The notes beneath the pieces were generated by a model that ran no database searches, was not told where the DNA came from, and worked only from the letters and a program-made list of their open reading frames with translations. From an uncultured delta proteobacterium (GTDB taxonomy: Bacteria; Desulfobacterota; RBG-13-43-22): a stretch of DNA of 64,000 nt. Shown here piece by piece: positions 58,724 through 64,000 of the stretch (position 1 is the stretch's first letter; each line of letters starts with the position of its first letter). The stretch lies in assembly GCA_963843145.1 (NCBI GenBank), contig CAWJJC010000025.1, positions 1 to 64,000 of the forward strand. The letters run 5' to 3'. The position numbers were made by a program, and so were the translations under genes.

Positions 58724-60844
58724 TTATGCCTTTTCCAGACGGGCAAAATCCAAGTGCAGCACCTTGATGCCGTAGCTCCGGAATTTAACCCGAATCTTAC
58801 GGTCCTGGGGGGATTCTTCGACGATACCGGACCCGAAAAGTGGATGGTATACTTTGAGCCCCACCGGGTAGCCGCCGTCTTCCCGGACCTTACGGCGAGG
58901 GGGTTCGGCCTGAAAAACTCGCGGGACGTTTTCCCGCAGCGGGGTTTGACGGCGCAGGATCTCCTCGGGCAGCAGGGCGATAAACCGGGAGGCTTCATTG
59001 TGCTGCCAGCCTCCCCCTCTTTCAGAGCCTTGCAAGGGATAGGTCAGGAAAAGTTTTTCCTTGGCCCGGGTGATGGCCACATAGAGCAAACGACGTTCCT
59101 CCTCCAATTCCTCCTGACTTTCACGGGCATGCGTGGAAGGAAAACGTCCTTCTGTCAGCCAGATGACGAAAACTGCCTGCCATTCCAGCCCCTTGGCCGA
59201 ATGGACCGTGGAGAGCACCAGCCGTTCCTGCCCTGAATCAGCACCCCGGTCAGGGGTTTCCAGCAACAGATCTCCTAAAAATTCGTCCACCTCGGTATAG
59301 ACATTGCTGACCCGTAGCAACTCCTCAATATCCTTTTTCCTGTATTCCGGGTCTTCAAAAAGCCGGGGAAGCAGAGGCTGGTAATACGCCCAGATTATTT
59401 CCAGCGCGGCAGACGGAGAAAGGGGTTCCTGGCTCAAGAGATTCAGCATCTCCCCCAGTCGGTCGAGCTGGGGTTGGGGCCGCGGGTACTCCCGGAGAAA
59501 CCGGATTCGGGAGTCCCATTCCTCGATCTCCAATAATCCACTCACGATCTGTCCTGCCCTTTTGGGTCCCAGCCCCTCCAGGTGTCGTAGAATCCGCTCC
59601 CAGGATAAGGCCTCCTGAGGATTCTGGGATACCTTGAGGTAGGCCAGCAGGTCCTTGATATGGGCGCCCTCGGTCAGCTTGCGGCCGCCGTACTTGACGA
59701 AAGGAATTCCGCTTTTCTGCAGATGGATTTCCAGATTAAAAGAATGATGGCCGGCCCGAAAGAGGACAGCCGTTTCCGACCAGGGAAGGCCTTGTTTTTG
59801 CAAAGCCTTCAATTGGCTGACGATGAACTGGGATTGTCCTTCCTCGTGGGGCAACTCGATGCACCGAGGGAGGTCCCCGGCCGGGTTATGGGCCCGCAGG
59901 CATTTACTGTGCCGCTGGGCGGCGAAACTGATCACGGTATTGGCTAAAGTCAGGATGGCCTGGGAACTGCGGTAGTTTTCTTCCAGCTTGATAACGCGGG
60001 CCTGGGGAAAGCTCTTGGGGAACTCGAGGATGTTCTTGACCCGGGCGCCCCTAAAGCCATAGATGGATTGGGAATCATCCCCCACCACCATAAGATTCCC
60101 ATGGGCCTGAATCAGCGCGCGGACCATTTGGGCCTGCAGCAGATTGGTATCCTGGTATTCATCCACCATCACATACTGATAGTGTTCGGATAAATTTCGA
60201 GCCACCTCCGGGTGGTCGGCAAACAGCTTCAGGGTGTATAGCAGTAAGTCGTCGTAGTCGAGGAGGAAATGCTGTCTTTTGTAATCTTCGAAGGCCTGCC
60301 GTAAAAGAGTAAGCCGGGGGATCAGATTCTCCCATTGAGGGGCAAATACCCGAACCCCTTGTTCAAAATCCAGGGCCCGGTTGTTGATCCGGCTGATCAG
60401 TTCCACCAGGTCCTTGCGTCCCGGGGCCTCGGAGTGCTGGTCCAGACCTTGGGCCTTGATCAACCGCCCCATGATTTCCACCGCGTCGGAACGGTCCATG
60501 ACCGTGGGATGGCCGGACAACCCGATCAGGCCCCCCTGCCGGCGCAAAAGGCGGTAGCCCAGGGAATGGAAAGTCCCCCCGGAAATTTCCCGGCAGGAGA
60601 TGCCCAGCATCGTCTCCACCCGGTTGAGCATCTCCTGGGCCGCTTTGCGGGTAAAGGTCAGCAGCAGGATCCGACCCGGATCGATCCCCTGCTCAACCAA
60701 CCAGGCCACGCGATAGACCAGGGTCCGGGTTTTTCCGCTGCCGGCGCCGGCAATAATCAGGCTCGGCCCGTCCGGGGCTTGAACGGCTTCCAGTTGTGCG
60801 GCATTGAGATTTTTTTGGTAGATATTCGTTTTTCCGGTCATCAT
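58724..60844 (-). CDS. UvrD/PcrA-family ATP-dependent DNA helicase
   Basis: AGAGSGKT, TFTRKAA, DEYQDTN, VGDDSQSIY, STVHSAKGLEW, YVAITRAK, C-terminal HP.FG Tudor-like domain. Confidence 0.93.
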   Translation of the reverse strand: MMTGKTNIYQKNLNAAQLEAVQAPDGPSLIIAGAGSGKTRTLVYRVAWLVEQGIDPGRILLLTFTRKAAQEMLNRVETMLGISCREISGGTFHSLGYRLLRRQGGLIGLSGHPTVMDRSDAVEIMGRLIKAQGLDQHSEAPGRKDLVELISRINNRALDFEQGVRVFAPQWENLIPRLTLLRQAFEDYKRQHFLLDYDDLLLYTLKLFADHPEVARNLSEHYQYVMVDEYQDTNLLQAQMVRALIQAHGNLMVVGDDSQSIYGFRGARVKNILEFPKSFPQARVIKLEENYRSSQAILTLANTVISFAAQRHSKCLRAHNPAGDLPRCIELPHEEGQSQFIVSQLKALQKQGLPWSETAVLFRAGHHSFNLEIHLQKSGIPFVKYGGRKLTEGAHIKDLLAYLKVSQNPQEALSWERILRHLEGLGPKRAGQIVSGLLEIEEWDSRIRFLREYPRPQPQLDRLGEMLNLLSQEPLSPSAALEIIWAYYQPLLPRLFEDPEYRKKDIEELLRVSNVYTEVDEFLGDLLLETPDRGADSGQERLVLSTVHSAKGLEWQAVFVIWLTEGRFPSTHARESQEELEEERRLLYVAITRAKEKLFLTYPLQGSERGGGWQHNEASRFIALLPEEILRRQTPLRENVPRVFQAEPPRRKVREDGGYPVGLKVYHPLFGSGIVEESPQDRKIRVKFRSYGIKVLHLDFARLEKA

Positions 60845-60936
60845 TTATGGTCTGATCGCTAGTGGGAAAAGCCTCTATATTTAGGTTAGTATGTAAATAA
60901 AATCAATCACCGCTTTTTAGGCCTTTTTCCTAGGTA

Positions 60937-61014
60937 GTCATACCGGACTTGATCCGGTATCCAGGACTTCCCGAGCTTATCCGAGGCTGGATTCCGGATC
61001 GCGTCCGGAATGAC
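60937..61014. repeat. REP-like palindromic element
   Basis: GTCATACCGGACTTGATCCGGTATCCAG ... CTGGATTCCGGATCGCGTCCGGAATGAC. Confidence 0.8.
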
Positions 61015-61132
61015 GAATCTTGGTCAAACCTTATTTCCGTGCCCCAGGGCGCCCTCCCAGATCCGGGGGGTTTATTAGGGAGTGGTCTCGTCTTACTAAA
61101 AAAAGAGAGGCTTGTAAACCAGATTTGAAAAT

Positions 61133-61161
61133 TTGACAATGACCGCTTTGAGCATTATAAT
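61133..61161 (+). promoter_or_regulatory. Consensus sigma70 promoter of the sulfur-relay operon
   Basis: TTGACA-17 nt-TATAAT, exact consensus. Confidence 0.85.
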
Positions 61162-61227
61162 TTCAAAAATCAAGGCCAAAATCCGAAAATCCATGATGAA
61201 TCACTAAGTTAATTGAGGAAGGAAGCC

Positions 61228-62415
61228 ATGGCCGATGAAAACGCTTTAAAAAATAAATTCAAGGAGGGCTATGCCGCCGTTTTCTACGCCCAGTGGCCGG
61301 CCCTCACCGGGGGCCTGCTCCTGGGGTTGTTCAGTATTTTGATCGTGGCCTGGTCCCGTCCCTGGGGTATCGTGGGCGGGATTAGAAATTGGGCCGACTG
61401 GCTTTTTTACGGACTCGGCCTCTATCCTACGCGGCCGGAGAACCCTATCTTGTTTTCCGGGTCCGTGATGGATATCGGATTTCTCCTAGGCACCTTCGGA
61501 TCGGCTCTGATGGCCAAGGAATTCGCCTTTCGCTGGGCCCCGCCACTGGAAATGATCAAAGGACTGGCGGGTGGAACCCTGATGGGGGTCGGCTCGGCCT
61601 TGGCCCTCGGCTGCAACGTGGGGGCCTTCTACACCCCCCTGATCAACCTTTCGGCCAGCGGGTTCCCCATGCTGATCGGCCTGATGATCGGTGCCTTTAT
61701 CGGGCTCAAGTACCTGCTCTGGGAACTGGAAAAATTCCCGTCCAAAGCCGGCTTTGTCCCCCCGGCCAAACCAGGGGAAAAAAGCTTTGACTGGAAATCC
61801 GTTCAGCCCTATCTGGGGGTGTTGGTACTCCTGGGGTTAATCCTCTGGGCTTATGGGTATGCCGGTCGGGCCTACACGGAAATCGGCGGTCTGCTCCTTT
61901 TCGGGGCGGCCTTCGGCATCATCCTGCAACGGTGCCGCTTCTGCTTTGTCCGGGCCTTTCGGGATCCCTTCATGACCGGGGAAGCCGGGATCGCCAAGGC
62001 CATCGCCTTGAGCATTATCCTGGGTTCCTTAGGCGTAGCCGTACTCAAGTGGACTGGCGTTCGTGCGGAAAGCACCTATGTCATTCCGGCCTTCTGGGGA
62101 GGTTCCCTGTTCGGAGGGCTGATATTTGGCATTGGCATGGTGATAGCCGGCGGGTGCGGAAGCGGGACCCTATGGCGGGTGGGCGAAGGCCAGCTCAAAT
62201 TATGGGCCGCCCTGCTGACCTTTGCCACTTTTAATTCCTTAAGCACCGCATTTTTACGGAGTACCGGTTGGCGGCAGAAACTGGGCCGGGCCATATTCCT
62301 GCCGGACGTTTTCGGCTGGGGTGGCAGTCTGCTCTTCATTGCAGGGATCCTTTTATTGTGGTATCTTTTAGTTACCTGGAACGAAGAAACCAATAAATTT
62401 ACAGTTGGATTGTAG
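61228..62415 (+). CDS. YeeE/YedE family sulfur-compound (thiosulfate-type) transporter
   Basis: Multi-TM; LALGCNVG, QRCRFCF, IAGGCGSG Cys motifs. Confidence 0.92.
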   Translation: MADENALKNKFKEGYAAVFYAQWPALTGGLLLGLFSILIVAWSRPWGIVGGIRNWADWLFYGLGLYPTRPENPILFSGSVMDIGFLLGTFGSALMAKEFAFRWAPPLEMIKGLAGGTLMGVGSALALGCNVGAFYTPLINLSASGFPMLIGLMIGAFIGLKYLLWELEKFPSKAGFVPPAKPGEKSFDWKSVQPYLGVLVLLGLILWAYGYAGRAYTEIGGLLLFGAAFGIILQRCRFCFVRAFRDPFMTGEAGIAKAIALSIILGSLGVAVLKWTGVRAESTYVIPAFWGGSLFGGLIFGIGMVIAGGCGSGTLWRVGEGQLKLWAALLTFATFNSLSTAFLRSTGWRQKLGRAIFLPDVFGWGGSLLFIAGILLLWYLLVTWNEETNKFTVGL

Positions 62416-62515
62416 AGAAAAGACCTGGCACGGAGCGCAGCGCGCTAAGCGTTAAGACCCAATAGACCACTTAAGTCAGACAGACCAAAATGAATATCCT
62501 AAAGGAGGAAACGTT

Positions 62516-62752
62516 ATGGAAGATGTTAAACCCGATGAAACCTTGGACGCCCGGGGGCTGAGCTGTCCCATGCCGGTCCTGAAAACCAAGAAGACCATGG
62601 ACAATTTAAAATCCGGGCAGGTTCTGGAAATCCTCAGCACCGACCCGGGAACCCGGAATGATCTCCCCAGTTGGACCAAACGTACCGGTAACGAGTTCCT
62701 GGGCGAAAAGCAGGACGAAGGCTTTGTCCGTTTCTATGTTAAAAAGAAGTAA
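62516..62752 (+). CDS. tusA: TusA/YeeD family sulfur carrier
   Basis: LDARGLSCPMPVL (CPxP), DPG...D. Confidence 0.93.
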   Translation: MEDVKPDETLDARGLSCPMPVLKTKKTMDNLKSGQVLEILSTDPGTRNDLPSWTKRTGNEFLGEKQDEGFVRFYVKKK

Positions 62753-62765
62753 CAAGGATGACGAT

Positions 62766-63074
62766 ATGGCTGAGAAATTAGGGATCTTTGTGAACTCCGA
62801 CCGCCATCTTCGCCACGTGATTGAGATCACCAAGGCGGCCGAACGGGCCGGGAAAGAGGTGACTCTCTTTTTCTCGCACAAAGGAGTTTTACTGACCCAG
62901 GAACCGGAATTTCAGGAATTGGTAGGCCACGCCAAATACGCGGTCTGCAATGTGGGGTTTGAAGCCCAGGGACTCAAGGGTAAAACCGTTCCCGGTATGG
63001 ATGAAACCGGTTTCGCTACTCAAGCCCGACATGGTGAAATGATCGAAGACTGCGACCGTTACTTGGTGATGTAA
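62766..63074 (+). CDS. DsrE-like sulfurtransferase
   Basis: KLGIFV, EVTLFFSHKGV, single Cys in AVCNVG, DRYLVM end. Confidence 0.8.
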   Translation: MAEKLGIFVNSDRHLRHVIEITKAAERAGKEVTLFFSHKGVLLTQEPEFQELVGHAKYAVCNVGFEAQGLKGKTVPGMDETGFATQARHGEMIEDCDRYLVM

Positions 63075-63084
63075 AGGAGAAACT

Positions 63085-63369
63085 ATGAAAAAAGTAGCCT
63101 TTCTGGTGCGAACCAAGGATGAGCTGTGGGAAGGGATGCGCTCCAGTCTGGGTCTGGTCATTGAAAATAATTTCGTCACCATGGTGGTCCTGGATCACGA
63201 AGTGGAGATGACCGAGGCCTACCAGGAAAACCTGGACTGGTTTATTGACATGGAAGGAGAATATTATTCCAATGTCCCGGTCAATGTGGAAAAATTTGGT
63301 TTTAAGCCCATCACCATCGGGGAACTGGGGGAGAAACTAAAAGAGATGGACTTTATTGTTCCCTTCTAA
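63085..63369 (+). CDS. DsrF-like conserved hypothetical protein
   Basis: MKKVAFLVR..EGMRSSLGL...DFIVPF; DsrE/F-like termini, no Cys. Confidence 0.7.
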   Translation: MKKVAFLVRTKDELWEGMRSSLGLVIENNFVTMVVLDHEVEMTEAYQENLDWFIDMEGEYYSNVPVNVEKFGFKPITIGELGEKLKEMDFIVPF

Positions 63370-63383
63370 CGAAAAGGATTCTT

Positions 63384-63557
63384 ATGAAAATATTACACAT
63401 TTTCCGGTCCGAACCCACACCGGATGTGGAAAAATTAGCCACCATCCTCTCGGAAGGGCAGGAGGCCGTTCGATTTCCCCTCTACCAAAGCCCGGTGGAT
63501 TACGACCGGCTGATTGAAATGATTTTTTCCAATGATAAAGTTATTAGCTGGTGGTAA
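63384..63557 (+). CDS. Short DsrH/TusB-like protein (57 aa)
   Basis: AAGGA RBS; MKILHIFRSEP...VDYDRLIEMIFSNDKVISWW*, resembling the DsrH C-terminal DY..LV.L......SW. Confidence 0.75.
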   Translation: MKILHIFRSEPTPDVEKLATILSEGQEAVRFPLYQSPVDYDRLIEMIFSNDKVISWW

Positions 63558-63669
63558 TGCCGGGAAAAATTCGTTACTGGATCCTGACTTCGGTTCGAAA
63601 TTCGGATATCGGATTAAGTGCTCCAGGCATCATTCATTAGAAACGAATTTTTAAAGGGAGGTACGTTTT

Positions 63670-64000
63670 ATGGCTGGAAAGAAATTATTCGTACTGGGGT
63701 TGGCGATCATGCTGCTCATGGGGTGGGGCCTGGAATGGGCTTATGCCCAGACTTCCGGATCCGGCCAAACGCTTCAGGTGGATCCGGAACGTTGCGCTTT
63801 GATGCTGCGCAAAGGGCAGGAATCCTTCAGCCGGTCCAAATATAATGAGGCCAAGGATTTTTTTCGGAAAGCCGTGCAGGCCGATCCTACTTCCCAGAAA
63901 GCCTGGTCATACTATGACTTGAGCCTTTTTTACACGGTAGGGGAGCAGTACAAGAATCACGGGAAAATTGTCCTCTCCAGCGCCCCCCCAGCGGAAGCGA
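63670..64000 (+). CDS. Exported TPR-like protein (runs off the window)
   Basis: GGAGG RBS; MAGKKLFVLGLAIMLLMGWGLEWAYA signal; KGQESF...YNEAKDFFRKAVQADP...AWSYYD. Confidence 0.75.
   Translation, partial: MAGKKLFVLGLAIMLLMGWGLEWAYAQTSGSGQTLQVDPERCALMLRKGQESFSRSKYNEAKDFFRKAVQADPTSQKAWSYYDLSLFYTVGEQYKNHGKIVLSSAPPAEA

Noticed and set aside
4431-60862. Many long antisense or alternate-frame ORFs (e.g. 4431-5183, 8920-9897, 17447-18433, 18543-19505, 26674-27582, 35491-36315)
   Set aside because: They overlap well-supported genes and have no motifs; expected shadow ORFs in GC-rich coding DNA
62426-62442. sigma54 promoter (TGGCACG...) upstream of tusA
   Set aside because: The GG-N10-GC spacing is not met

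Overview
Bacterial chromosomal segment, most consistent with an anaerobic Desulfobacterota (deltaproteobacterial) genome. This is inferred from gene content and style, not from a search. The backbone is housekeeping: gltX with tRNA-Gln(CUG) and tRNA-Glu(CUC), phoU, an M16 protease pair, TolC, a glgC/glgD-like pair, a PEP-synthase-like dikinase, spmAB, mutS, amidase, PBP1A, TrxR-like, tRNA-Val(GAC), pgsA-like, miaA, mutL, truA, argC, rpsI, rplM, lptD, folC and uvrD/pcrA. Two accessory patchworks lie off tRNA 3' ends. The first (1-4200, after tRNA-Glu) has many frameshifts. The second (~33450-47600, after tRNA-Val) holds a solitary attC-like site, exported low-complexity/glycine-zipper proteins, truncated signalling genes and a foreign-looking DUF5996/zinc-finger pair. 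The window ends in a sulfur-relay operon (YeeE/YedE, TusA, DsrE-like, two small DsrF/H-like proteins, exported TPR-like protein) behind a perfect sigma70 promoter. It matches the YTD-type cluster linked to sulfur disproportionation. Several families of intergenic palindromic repeats are present. No CRISPR array, rRNA, integrase or intact transposase was seen. Family calls come from motif recognition by eye; no searches were run.
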